This document shows positions 1 through 10,301 of a DNA stretch of 64,000 nt, piece by piece; the stretch's first letter is position 1; each line of letters begins with the position of its first letter. The position numbers were made by a program, and so were the translations under genes. Under the pieces are notes generated by a model. The model worked only from the letters and a program-made list of their open reading frames with translations, searched no databases and had not been told where the DNA came from. The DNA comes from Porphyridium purpureum. Its lineage: Eukaryota. The stretch covers positions 3,286,001 to 3,350,000 of the forward strand of contig VRMN01000001.1 of NCBI GenBank assembly GCA_008690995.1, written 5' to 3'.

Positions 1-1741
1 GCCGCTAGCGACTGGTGGAATCGACGCAAACGCAAGCCAGCAAATATTTTTCCATGCGAAAAGCAGGGCTTGGCATGAAATGCAAGGCCATGAGGTATTG
101 TGACCAGGTGGCACGGCAGCTCTACTGTTTGTTGAACGAGATTCGCGCGTGCCCTTTGGACGTGAATGAAGATCGTAGATCAAGCTTCAGAACGCGCCTC
201 TGGGCGTTTCACTCACACAGCAGGACGGTGTAGGTGCTTAGAAGCGGAGCTTGTGTGGCCGGGTATCAAGATGTGCAAGAGAGGGAGACCGTGCTAAGCA
301 AAAAGGCATGGGGTGGAGGGGGCTTGAGCGCATGCATCACATGCGGCCACGTGCTTAGTTTGCTTTCTGAGAGGGCTCTGCAAGCAGAACCGAACCGTTC
401 AATGGATCAAGTGAGAAAGAGTCACATTATTCGCTCCTTGACAGAAGAGTCATTTGATTGGAAAAGAGTCACATCAAGGTTGATCGTTTCGCCTCTGGTT
501 TTGTACCACTGGCTGTTGTCCCAACCAGGAAACCCGTCAATACAGAGAAAAGAAGACTTGTCTTTAAATGTGCGACCGTTTACAGAAGGGTATTTCGCTT
601 CCAGGCAGGCAGCAGACATTGAGCATCTGACAATGAGAAGCTCTGCATGAGGAACCTAGATTTGAGTGTCAGGACCTAAACAACAGCACGCCGAGTCCGT
701 CCCAGCTGCAGAACTTCCATTCGGTTCTCGAAACCATCCTTAAAGTCGAAATGGTGAGAGAGCTTGGAGACGAAATGGATACCAAAGATTCTGAGCACGC
801 CACGCCGCATCACGCCATGACACAAACCGGCCGGAGTGATGCAGTGTCTCGAAGATCCCGCCGTCCGATTGATTTCCTCGGCTAGTGTTCCCAATGTTTT
901 GTAGAGAAAGAAGCAGGTGCGCTACATCAGCTTGTTCATCAGCATGTCGGGCATCATCTCCTGTCTCTTGAAAAATGTGCAGGGCAGTCTGTGGTCTCGG
1001 CTACCTTGTGCGGCTTTGGGGCATCATTAGAGATGGCTCAAAGCACGTCCCTGACGCTGGAGTCTCGCGGACAACAAAGCAAAGCTTGCATGACGATCAG
1101 AGACAGTTTGCACTCGGTGCACGAAATCGGAATTTTGGTTGACAGTAAAGATGAGAGACACATGCGTTTAAGTGTTCCCAACGGCTATTGGTAGGATGCT
1201 GGAGGACGCAAATGCGGAACAGTGCCGCTGGCAGCTGCAAGCTCACCCGATGACCATGACAAGTGTCATCCGGCGAGACCGAATCGAATCCATCGGAGGC
1301 GGCTTGAGCAGCTATCGATCGCCGGCTGCTCACGAATGATGCAGCAGTCCTCGCGCGCTTCTTACACTGTCATCCAGGCCAACATGTGTAAGGATGAACC
1401 CCTTTTTCGCAAGAGTTTATGCAAAGCACCTCATTTAAGTAGAGCGCGCATAGGGTTTTGTTTGCCTGTGGCTTTTCTGATAACGCAACAGAACGCTCCG
1501 GGCAGGACTCGGTCTGACACAAACGCGCCATGTCGCGCGATTCACAACGCTTTCGCGACCACGTATTCGCCGCGATCATGATGCCTCCAGCGCAGTGCTC
1601 GGTTCGCTGCGTTGTGCGTGCTCGTCGGCTTGATGCATTGTCGTATAAGGTGCGTGAAGTCGCGTGCGTTGAAGAGTGGTTACCGAACAAATGCCAGACG
1701 ATTGCCAGACGTGCGGAAGGCAAGCGGGCAAGACGCAGAGA

Positions 1742-2209
1742 ATGATGTCCTTTCGGCCACGAGAAGTGACCGCGACATTTGAAATAATGGACTTTGGTTC
1801 TGACGATCTAGGCGCACTGTTGCTGTCGGCTGCGTCAAACAGCAAAGTACTTTCATGCGCAGAAGACACCTCAAGACGACCAGACAGAGCCAGTTCGGAT
1901 TCGAGTTTGCCTCCTTCATATGAAAGCACCGTTGAAATGTCTTTCGGACAGCAGCGCGAACTTGCGCGCACAAGGGTATGCTTTACTTCTCTTGAAGCCA
2001 AGTTTGGATGTTGGGACAGCACAGACGGGCTACGGACTCCGCGGAGACTGCCGAAATTCCAGCCCGTTTTAACCACCATCCTGGAAGTCGACAACGAAGA
2101 CGATGAGGAAGAGCCAGGCGCGGTGACCGAGAACCATGCAGTCTCCGTGTCACAATCCCAACCGCGCTGCGAAGAACCGAGTGGTGCGATCCATCGAACG
2201 ATGTCATGA
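1742..2209 (+). CDS. Hypothetical protein (~155 aa)
   Basis: ATG-initiated ORF (MMSFRPREV...) with an acidic patch (DNEDDEEE) followed by an AT-rich 3' tract; no recognisable domain. Confidence 0.45.
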   Translation: MMSFRPREVTATFEIMDFGSDDLGALLLSAASNSKVLSCAEDTSRRPDRASSDSSLPPSYESTVEMSFGQQRELARTRVCFTSLEAKFGCWDSTDGLRTPRRLPKFQPVLTTILEVDNEDDEEEPGAVTENHAVSVSQSQPRCEEPSGAIHRTMS

Positions 2210-2461
2210 GTCAAGCTGTCGCGTCCGACAGCCCGTCTGTGAACTAGTGGACCAGTCCTATTTACATTAAAAAAACTTTGAACTTGCTGGTACCCGCGAG
2301 TCTGCGCGCGCGGGACCTGTTCTCACGAAGCCCACTCACGGCTACACACACCCGTCCATCTCCCAATCCGAGCCACCGCTCTGCCGCTACCCAACTCTCC
2401 TCACCCGCCGTCCCTTATCCATGACCCAAACCGATATCTCCAGTTTGTCGCTAAATCAACG

Positions 2462-2503
2462 GAACCGAATGAACCGAATGAACCGAATGAACCGAATGAA
2501 CCG
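2462..2503. repeat. 9-bp tandem repeat (GAACCGAAT)x4.7
   Basis: Read directly: gaaccgaat x4 + gaaccg, upstream of the PP6 gene. Confidence 0.9.
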
Positions 2504-2953
2504 TTTGCGTCGCGCACAGTGCGTCCGGTTCAGCGAGCGCGCGACGCAATCGGTTAGCGCGGGCCGCTTGCGCTTCTGATGACGCTGGTGATTCAGCGAG
2601 TCGGGTTCTAGTAAATTGGGTCTGTTTTAGTATGTACAGCGAGAGAGTGTGTGTGTGTGTGTGCGCAAAACGAGAACGGGTGGGCGTTGATGGCGGGGCG
2701 AGTGCCGGTGACGGAGGTGGCGTGCTGGGTGTGTTGCGGGTAAGTTGGTGCGGTGGAGGAGAAATAAGAAGGGGGGGAAAGGAGAGAAAGGAGGAACGGT
2801 GTGGAAGGGGGGAGGGGAGGTGAGAACGGAGGTGGGAGAGGAGGAGTCCGGTGTGCGGGGAACGACAGGAATAAACGGCGGCGGTTGTGGTGGGTGGTGG
2901 AAGTGGTGGGGGGTGAGAGACGCGTGTGGGGAGAGAGGGAGAGACACAATACC

Positions 2954-3868
2954 ATGGGGCTGCAGTTGGACTTGTGGATTGAAAAGGTGAAGCGCGGCGA
3001 GCATTTGGGCGAGTGGGAGTTGAAGCAGCTGTGTGACTTTGTCAAGGAGCTGCTGATCGAGGAGTCGAACGTGCAGCCCGTGAGGACGCCCGTCACGGTT
3101 TGTGGCGATATCCATGGTCAGTTTCATGACTTGCTCAACTTGCTGAAAACGGGCGGCGACGTGCCGGACACGAGTTATATCTTTATGGGCGACTTTGTGG
3201 ACCGCGGGTACCACTCGTTAGAGACATTCACCTTGCTGCTTTGCCTCAAGGCACGGTATCCCGCGCACGTCACCCTGCTGCGAGGCAACCACGAAAGCAG
3301 ACAGATCACGCAAGTGTACGGCTTTTACGACGAGTGCCAGCGAAAATACGGCACGGCGAACGCGTGGAAGTATTGTTGCGAGGTGTTTGACTACTTGACC
3401 ATTGCCGCGCTCGTAGATGGATCGATCTTATGTGTGCACGGCGGGCTCTCGCCGGACATTCGCACGCTCGATCAAGTGCGAACCATTGATCGACGTCAGG
3501 AAATCCCGCCCGAGGGCGCGTTTTGCGACCTGATGTGGTCCGACCCGGAAGATGTAGACACGTGGGCCGTGAGCCCTCGAGGTGCGGGCTGGCTCTTCGG
3601 CGCCAAGGTCACGCAGGAATTCAACACAATCAACAAGCTCGAGCTAATTTGTCGCGCTCACCAGCTCGTACAGGAGGGGTACAAGTTCCTCTTTGATGAC
3701 TCAGTCGTCACGGTTTGGAGCGCGCCAAATTACTGCTATCGCTGTGGCAACGTCGCCGCGATTCTGTCATTTGACGAGAACCGAAAGAGAGAAGCAAAAA
3801 TCTTTAGGGAAGACGAGGAAGAACATCGTGCGCCGCCCCCGCGGTCGACGGTACCGTACTTTTTGTAA
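2954..3868 (+). CDS. PPP6C: Ser/Thr protein phosphatase 6 (PP6/Sit4-type) catalytic subunit
   Basis: PPP motifs GDIHGQ, GDFVDRG, RGNHE, HGGLSP and [13 protein letters not shown]-terminal PYFL. Start set at the first ATG (MGLQLDLW). Confidence 0.9.
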   Translation: MGLQLDLWIEKVKRGEHLGEWELKQLCDFVKELLIEESNVQPVRTPVTVCGDIHGQFHDLLNLLKTGGDVPDTSYIFMGDFVDRGYHSLETFTLLLCLKARYPAHVTLLRGNHESRQITQVYGFYDECQRKYGTANAWKYCCEVFDYLTIAALVDGSILCVHGGLSPDIRTLDQVRTIDRRQEIPPEGAFCDLMWSDPEDVDTWAVSPRGAGWLFGAKVTQEFNTINKLELICRAHQLVQEGYKFLFDDSVVTVWSAPNYCYRCGNVAAILSFDENRKREAKIFREDEEEHRAPPPRSTVPYFL

Positions 3869-4077
3869 TCTGAACAGGATTCGCCACGCTTTCGTGCATG
3901 GCCTTTTAACAATCTGTCAACGTGATCTTTTTCCGCGTTTCTCTTTCTCGTCATCTGACTCTTCGGCGCCCACCCCTGCTCGCCACTCCTTTGTAAGCCT
4001 TTTCACGCACATCCGAAGCGACGATCCATCCGCGAAAGATCACGAAACCTTCTGATACGGGGTACGTAGCGCACACG

Positions 4078-4917
4078 ATGCTTGGCTTTGCTGAGCCTCC
4101 AGCCTGGCCCAGCTCCGCGACGCCCGCATTTCGTGTGCCGAGAATTACGTGTTCGTGCTTGCCACACGATGCGTCACAGAGCACACGCTGGCGGCGAGTT
4201 GCCCATGCGCTTGGCACACTGGCGATCTGTGGCGTGATGTGTGTTTCTCTGGTGGATGCAGCAACAAATTCTGCGCAACCGCCATCGCATTCGCCGAGTA
4301 CATCGACGGCCAGTTGCCCCGAGTGCCTCGGCGTTGATACTCAAGGCATGCTTGCTCCCTGTCCGAGCATGTGGACGTGTGTATCGTCGCAAGACGACAA
4401 CCCGGCCCATTTTGCGCCTCCGTGGGAGTATGATCAGAACCGGACCGCGGCATTTGAGAGGCTGAAGAGCGCTTTGCAGATAGAAAAGGGCGCCTCGATA
4501 GAGTACGTGTCGAACGATGGCTCATACCTTTACGTGACATTTACGTCGCCAATCGGTATTGACGACTGCGAGTTCTTTTTCACGCCCAATGATAACACGA
4601 TCCAGTTCCGTAGTGCACGGCGAGGTACCGCGGCACCATGGGACGCAAATGTAAACTTCTCGCGACTTGAAGCGTTGCGCAAGAAGTGCAAATTCACCAA
4701 TGTGGACATTCTGAGGAACAGGCAGCGAGTCTTCCTGTTTTTCGAGTCGCCGTTCGATCGGTTTGGGCCTCTGACCGAGGACACCAAATATAATCTAGAT
4801 ATATATGACTCGATCAGGACAGGCGGCTCGGACGAAAAGGGCAGGACGCAGAAGTTCGACCTCGATCCATTTGCCCCTGCTGTTTCGCCGCTCGTTGCCC
4901 CGAAACCAAGCCGATAG
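4078..4917 (+). CDS. DUF1499 family protein, probably plastid/thylakoid targeted
   Basis: CP..CVSSQD, DDCEFFF, IQFRSAR and NFSRLEALR pattern typical of DUF1499; N-terminal transit-like and hydrophobic segments. Confidence 0.75.
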   Translation: MLGFAEPPAWPSSATPAFRVPRITCSCLPHDASQSTRWRRVAHALGTLAICGVMCVSLVDAATNSAQPPSHSPSTSTASCPECLGVDTQGMLAPCPSMWTCVSSQDDNPAHFAPPWEYDQNRTAAFERLKSALQIEKGASIEYVSNDGSYLYVTFTSPIGIDDCEFFFTPNDNTIQFRSARRGTAAPWDANVNFSRLEALRKKCKFTNVDILRNRQRVFLFFESPFDRFGPLTEDTKYNLDIYDSIRTGGSDEKGRTQKFDLDPFAPAVSPLVAPKPSR

Positions 4918-4932
4918 CGCATTGTGCTTCTG

Positions 4933-5694
4933 CTATCGCTTTGCTGTCACATCTGTTGCTGACTCGGCTTTGCTGGTGGTAGTCTTAGTTGCCCCGGTTT
5001 GCCCATTTTGCGCCAGGCGAATCGCATGCGCCACAAACTCCTCCGGCTCGTCGCGGAAATTGCGGCTGAGGGCGAGAACGGCTGGATCATGGCGTGCCGC
5101 TCTTTGCACGAGCTCCTCGAATAATGCGTCCTGCAGAAAGCGCTGCGCTCGCGTCCTCTTCAGTAAACTGAGAGTTTCATCCACTTGCCGTTCGATGCGT
5201 GTCTGTGCATGTTCTAGCGCCGACAGGCCCTGTGCACTGCTTTCGTCATTGCTCTTGGCAACCTTGGGTGGCTTGACGTAATCGAGCTTGTATCCTCGGC
5301 GTGGAATGGGCTCTTCCTCTCGCGTGAGGCTGGACCAGACGATCCACGCCCCGTCCGGAAGTCGTCGAAAGCTTGCGTCGTCGCAAACTTCTGTCAGGAA
5401 GAACGGCGCGGTGAAAGCGTAGACCTGCTTGATGTCGGATGCCTTTAGAAACACGGTCGGATATACTTCCGGTTGCGCGTCCGCGAGCAAGTGCTTGAAG
5501 CGCAGCATGCTGTAACCGTACATTTGCACGGTGAGCAGGTTACCATCCGGGTACTCTAGAGTGTTGAATCGGCGACCAGAGATCAGGCTGCGCAGAAAGC
5601 TAGCAACCAGACTCGAGCCGCCAACAGCGCGGAACGCCGCGTCGCCTTTACCCAGCAGCGCACCGATGGTCAAAGACGTTGCCACCGGCGCCAT
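4933..5694 (-). CDS. Hypothetical protein (253 aa)
   Basis: ATG-initiated ORF with globular-looking composition that fills the space between two genes; family not recognised. Confidence 0.65.
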   Translation of the reverse strand: MAPVATSLTIGALLGKGDAAFRAVGGSSLVASFLRSLISGRRFNTLEYPDGNLLTVQMYGYSMLRFKHLLADAQPEVYPTVFLKASDIKQVYAFTAPFFLTEVCDDASFRRLPDGAWIVWSSLTREEEPIPRRGYKLDYVKPPKVAKSNDESSAQGLSALEHAQTRIERQVDETLSLLKRTRAQRFLQDALFEELVQRAARHDPAVLALSRNFRDEPEEFVAHAIRLAQNGQTGATKTTTSKAESATDVTAKR

Positions 5695-5884
5695 CGGATA
5701 GAAGTTTTCCCTCAGTTCTCTCTTTCAGCGATCCTCAAGAAACATCGCGAGCAGGCGACATGCATGGTGGGAGGCGCAAAATACGCAAGTTACAAGGTGG
5801 GCTTTATTGAAGGGTTCTTGGGGATGAGAAACAAAACTCTGCAGAAACTGACCGCGATCCTGCCGACTGACGCCGCCGCCAACG

Positions 5885-6526
5885 CTAGACCATATGCCCA
5901 CGCGCCGCCTGGAGCGGGACGGCGCGTTTAATAAAATAGACCTGCAAGGCCGCGACGAGAACGACAGACAAGCACTCGATCAAGGACCATATACGCACGC
6001 GCTGGTTGGTGCTCACAACTGTGGAGAGATGGCGGTCGTGGAGCTGGCGATAATTTGCCTGGTGGAATTCGACCATGCGAACCAAGTGGGACACACTGAC
6101 CACTGCCTTCTCAACCGCGTCGAGGTTATCGCGCTTTGCCAAAGCTTGCAGGTCTTCGCCCACCGCATCATCTGTATCAATGACCACCTTGACCGTCTTG
6201 TGCGACACGACGCTCATTTGATTCGAGAAGCAGAACGCGTACCGCCCCATTTTCTCCGCGACAAACTGTTTCTTTCCCTGTCCCTGCTTGACATCCTCGA
6301 CCAGCACGCCGCCGTCTGCGTCCGTCACCAGCACGTCTATGTCCATTTGCGAGCCGGACGTCACTGCATACGCCATGGTCACGGTCGTCCCCGGCTGTCT
6401 GACCACCTCATAGATGCACTCCTTCTTGCCTGGCCCCAGATCAAAACTCACAGCGTCTGCCCGCCACCCCACACAGCTGCTCACCACCACCACCACCGTC
6501 AAGAGCACCACCACCAATCCCCTCAT
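5885..6526 (-). CDS. p24/emp24/TMED cargo receptor (GOLD domain)
   Basis: Signal peptide; GOLD cysteines (KECIYE...YAFCFSN); coiled coil; STNQRVRIWS followed by a C-terminal TM helix. Confidence 0.9.
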   Translation of the reverse strand: MRGLVVVLLTVVVVVSSCVGWRADAVSFDLGPGKKECIYEVVRQPGTTVTMAYAVTSGSQMDIDVLVTDADGGVLVEDVKQGQGKKQFVAEKMGRYAFCFSNQMSVVSHKTVKVVIDTDDAVGEDLQALAKRDNLDAVEKAVVSVSHLVRMVEFHQANYRQLHDRHLSTVVSTNQRVRIWSLIECLSVVLVAALQVYFIKRAVPLQAARGHMV

Positions 6527-6568
6527 CCTCAAACATCCATCACTACACAGCCCATCACAACACAATTG

Positions 6569-6596
<28 letters not shown>
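6569..6596. repeat. (CT)n microsatellite in the TMED 5' leader
   Basis: Direct read of the ctctct run. Confidence 0.85.
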
Positions 6597-6600
<4 letters not shown>

Positions 6601-6914
6601 CGCCCTCTCCCCCCTTCTCCCTGCCCCGTCTCCTTGTCCCGCAAAACTCTTTTCACTCTTTCGCCCCACAGAACCCTACAGAACCCTAGAATCGCGTCAT
6701 TACCCTAATCGGTTCCAATTTCACTGTACACGCTTGCAGGTGTTCAGTTCCATTGAGAATTGGAACTGTACTTTGATTTCTCTGGCCTTTAATCTGGCGG
6801 CTGCGTGACTGGCTGAGTGGGAGCTGCTGCTGCGACACATAGAGGTGGCAGTGCGGGGTGTATTCATGTGTATGTGAGAGGGGATTGCGAGGGTTGAATG
6901 CGATCGGCAACGGT

Positions 6915-7928
6915 ATGGGAACCGTGGAGAAGACGCGCCATGAGAAGGCGGACGGACCGCAGGTGGACGCCGCCGATGTCGCGCGGCGGTCCGCGCTGGC
7001 GGGCGCACTCGCAGGCATGAACACAAGCATCCTCTTGCACCCGCTCGACACCATCAAGACAATGCGCCAGACTGATCCCAGGGCGAACCGCGGGATCTTC
7101 CTCACGGGAAAACGAATCGTCGAGTCGCGCGGCTGGCGCGCGCTGTACGCAGGCATGTGGCCTTCCATGCTGGGCTCCGCGCCGTCCTCCGCCGTTTACT
7201 TCGGCACGTACGAGTATGTCAGAAATAGGCTCGCCGCTTCAGGAAGCGTCGATTTGCACATCTCCACCTTGAGGCTGCCGATCAATCTCGTCGCAGCAGC
7301 CAGCGGTAACATAGCATCGTCCTTCATTTTCGTGCCCAAGGAAGTGATCAAGCAGAGGTTGCAGAGCAACTACGCGCCAAACGTGTTTGCGGTCGTGCGC
7401 AAACTGTATGCCGAACTGGGCTTCGTCGGCTTTTACGCGGGCTATTTGGCAACGCTCTTCCGTAATGTTCCCAGTAATGCCCTTAAATTTGTACTCTACG
7501 AGGAGGCAAAACGACTCCTTTTCATAAGACACGGAAAGCGACAGGACGCTACCACGCAGCTGTCTCCCGTGGAGCATGTGGTCGCGGGCGCATTCGCCGG
7601 TATGATATCATCTTCTATTACGACACCTATGGACGTGTGCAAAACGAAATTCGCGACAGGCACGAACGGCTTGTCCCGAAGCGTGCCGGCATTGCTGGTG
7701 CGAATTTTCCGGGAGGAGGGTATCGCGGGCTTGTACGTCGGGTCGACGTCGCGAATTCTTTGGGCGGCATTTTTCTCTGCCATTGGCTTCAGCTCATACG
7801 AATTTTTCAAACGCATTCTAATACCATCAAACAAGCGCGTGCGTTGGACCAGCTTTGCGCAAAGGCCCAACCGCCGCCGGGTCTGCTCGACCGCACGGTA
7901 TTCGCAGTCTTCGGCAATCACATGCTGA
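6915..7928 (+). CDS. Mitochondrial carrier family (SLC25) protein, SAM-carrier-like
   Basis: Three PX[DE]XX[KR] signatures: PLDTIKT, PKEVIKQ and PMDVCKT. Confidence 0.85.
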   Translation: MGTVEKTRHEKADGPQVDAADVARRSALAGALAGMNTSILLHPLDTIKTMRQTDPRANRGIFLTGKRIVESRGWRALYAGMWPSMLGSAPSSAVYFGTYEYVRNRLAASGSVDLHISTLRLPINLVAAASGNIASSFIFVPKEVIKQRLQSNYAPNVFAVVRKLYAELGFVGFYAGYLATLFRNVPSNALKFVLYEEAKRLLFIRHGKRQDATTQLSPVEHVVAGAFAGMISSSITTPMDVCKTKFATGTNGLSRSVPALLVRIFREEGIAGLYVGSTSRILWAAFFSAIGFSSYEFFKRILIPSNKRVRWTSFAQRPNRRRVCSTARYSQSSAITC

Positions 7929-8053
7929 CTGCCTTCTTGGCGTAATCTTCCTCGCTCTCTAAAGCAGGGTATGCCTCTGCTTGCTTCTTACTACTTTCTG
8001 ATAAAAGCTCCAGCGCTTTGCATAGAGACGAGCCGGGCACGAGCTCTTGACAT

Positions 8054-8773
8054 TCAGCAAGCACTACGCGAGAAGAACGGCTCTCTGCAGAACACCTCAG
8101 CGAAATCCTGTTCAAGAAACTCCCGCGCAACGTCCACGTCGTTTGAAATGTTCGCGACAAGGTCTTGGAACTCGGGGAACTTCATCTCATCACGCAGCCA
8201 GCCGATAATACACAGTCTTAGCTCGCCGCCATAGAAATCATCCTCAAAAGCGTGCATCAGATGTGCCTCCACGAGCCTTTCCCTCACATCGCCGAATGTA
8301 GGACTCACACCTACGTTCACCACCGCTTTGTACACAGGCGGAGGTTGCGAGTGGCCGTCTTCATATGCGCCGGCGCCCGCTTGCGGGTACACCTGAGCCC
8401 AGCCGCAGTAGACTCCGTTGGATAAAACGTCCAAGTCTGGCGAGTCTGTGCGGGCCAAGTTCGCTGTCGGGAAGCCGAGCTTTTTGGCACCACGGCCAAA
8501 TCCTTTCTCGACAACTGCTTGCAGCACAACGGCTTTCGGAAGCTGTTGCGTTCTCTGGAGCGAGCTAACCAAATGCGTAGCGTGCGAAGATGCATCACTC
8601 GCCGAGCAGGAAATGAATCTGTGGATTCGTCTCGTGGGGGAGTATTTCCGTGGGGCTCCCGCGCGAGCCGGTGCCTTGCAGACGGCGTTCGACCGAGACA
8701 CCGGCCAGCGCTTGCAGAATCCAACATTACTCACAAAGCACGGCAATCGACCGCAGTCCGTCGGATTCCTCAT
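8054..8773 (-). CDS. RFK: Riboflavin kinase with an N-terminal organelle-targeting-like extension
   Basis: GFGRGAKKLGFPTANL, GVYCGWA, NVGVSPTF, EAHL, DFYG and LRDEMKF motifs; the only in-frame ATG before the domain is at 8773. Confidence 0.88.
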   Translation of the reverse strand: MRNPTDCGRLPCFVSNVGFCKRWPVSRSNAVCKAPARAGAPRKYSPTRRIHRFISCSASDASSHATHLVSSLQRTQQLPKAVVLQAVVEKGFGRGAKKLGFPTANLARTDSPDLDVLSNGVYCGWAQVYPQAGAGAYEDGHSQPPPVYKAVVNVGVSPTFGDVRERLVEAHLMHAFEDDFYGGELRLCIIGWLRDEMKFPEFQDLVANISNDVDVAREFLEQDFAEVFCREPFFSRSAC

Positions 8774-9042
8774 GATTTCCCTGTGTCTGCGCTGCCCGAA
8801 CTCTGCTGCGTATTCTGCACGTGTGGATTTGCAAGACCAAGCAGCTCTCGCTGTGTCTTCACACACAAATTCCACGCGTCCACCGCGTGCTTGCACTTTG
8901 ACTCGTCAAAGTTGTTCTTCTCCAAGCAAGCCTGAATCGCACACGCGCGTTTGTGGCAGCGAATCTCCGCTTCGTCCTGCGCGTCCGGATCTCCACCTAG
9001 GCCCGCGTTCCTCTCCGTCTTCTTGCTTCCAAACCAGCCCAT
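8770..9042 (-). CDS. CMC4: Twin CX9C mitochondrial intermembrane-space protein, CMC4-like (90 aa)
   Basis: CHKRACAIQAC-LEKNNFDESK-CKHAVDAWNLC (CX9C-X10-CX9C), closely resembling Cmc4. Confidence 0.8.
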   Translation of the reverse strand: MGWFGSKKTERNAGLGGDPDAQDEAEIRCHKRACAIQACLEKNNFDESKCKHAVDAWNLCVKTQRELLGLANPHVQNTQQSSGSADTGKS

Positions 9043-9161
9043 CAGAGACGCACGCGTTCTGCTTGCTTGTCCAACGTTGGTCGCTCTTGTACACGCCGCA
9101 ACTACTGCGACGCGGCGGTCTGTGAGAACGATCGCGCCTCTGCGCACGCACGGTTGGATGG

Positions 9162-10259
9162 ATGGCGGAGGACGCGCGAGGACTGCGACGAGATGAACAA
9201 GATGGGTACAAAGCCGAGCGTATCGACGAGCGGCTCGCACAAGCGGGACGAACTGGGGACGCTGTCGAGCACGTGATGCAAAAATGTTCACACGTGGAAC
9301 AACGACTTGATGCAATCGAGCGCAAGCGAGTTGAGAAAAGCTGTGGAGCAGCAGAGCTAGGCGAAGAGCTGGATGAGTGCGTGATAGAAATTGATACGCT
9401 CAGGGAGCACGTAAATGCTTCCACCGCCAGACTAGTACCATACGACCAGAGGCGATGTGAAAAGGCCATGCAGCAGCTCGAGGCACGCTACGAGGCCGTC
9501 CGGGCTGGCTTGTTTCCGCGCGCCAAGTTTCATTTCAAGCGCAAGAATCAGTTTCTGGAACGACTAAGAAGGCAACAAGATGATCCAGAACAGCGCCCTG
9601 AAAATGTCGAAGAAGACGCGAAGACGCTTGGGGCCGGAGATGTCGACCAGAGCGGCGCGCTTGAGGATCGCCATGTACAGGAGAATGGCGGCTCAGTATC
9701 TACAACGTCAGCTGACTTTTGCGTGTACGAGGGAGAAACGGGCGCGACCTTGTACCACACCAAGCCAAACTGTACAATCACGCTCCAACATCTTGAGCGC
9801 TGCACCGTATACATCTGCACGTCGGTGAGCGCGCTGAAAGTGTCCAACTTGACTGAATGTAAGGTCTTTTGTGGCCCTGTGTCTGGGTCCGCGCACATTT
9901 CGTACATAGCAGGGGGCGAATTTCACTTCATGGCCCATCAGATACGCATCCACACATCACGCGCTTGTCATTTCTTCGCGAGCTCGCCGAATGCACCGAT
10001 TCTGGAAGAATGCACAAAGTTAGTGATGAGCCGAGCCGTGCTCCATTACTCGGGTAGTGCTCAGGACTGCATTGCAGCAAAGTTAGGCGCTGACCTGCCT
10101 TGGAAGGATCCGATTGATTTCAGTTGGCTGGCCGACAGCGAGAAGTCGCCTCACTGGGATTTTCGCGAGACGGGTTCGGCGCAGTGCTGGGTTTATTTGT
10201 CTGAAGAACAGGATACCCCGTCAGTAAGTATACATGCGCGAGTAGAATGGAAAGAGTAA
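9162..10259 (+). CDS. TBCC: Tubulin-binding cofactor C
   Basis: N-terminal helical domain ending in PRAKFHFK; beta-helix with GPVSGS, HQIRIH, PILEEC, DFSWL and SPHW. Confidence 0.88.
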   Translation: MAEDARGLRRDEQDGYKAERIDERLAQAGRTGDAVEHVMQKCSHVEQRLDAIERKRVEKSCGAAELGEELDECVIEIDTLREHVNASTARLVPYDQRRCEKAMQQLEARYEAVRAGLFPRAKFHFKRKNQFLERLRRQQDDPEQRPENVEEDAKTLGAGDVDQSGALEDRHVQENGGSVSTTSADFCVYEGETGATLYHTKPNCTITLQHLERCTVYICTSVSALKVSNLTECKVFCGPVSGSAHISYIAGGEFHFMAHQIRIHTSRACHFFASSPNAPILEECTKLVMSRAVLHYSGSAQDCIAAKLGADLPWKDPIDFSWLADSEKSPHWDFRETGSAQCWVYLSEEQDTPSVSIHARVEWKE

Positions 10260-10301
10260 CTCGACGAAAAGAATGACATCTTCTCCAATGTCCATGGCTT
10301 G

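Noticed and set aside
1..1300. Possible Ty1/copia RNase H relic (..GILVDSKD..)
   Set aside because: The resemblance is limited to a few residues; I saw no RT, integrase, LTR or PBS motifs.
2462..2503. Short direct repeats as a possible CRISPR array (also 20461-20534)
   Set aside because: Contiguous 9-10 bp tandem units with no spacers and no cas genes, in a eukaryotic context.
2801..2953. N-terminal extensions from GTG/TTG starts in the ORF track (PP6, ClpS, DHHC, PGM3 and others)
   Set aside because: Eukaryotic genes normally start at ATG, and these extensions translate G-rich UTR or microsatellite sequence.
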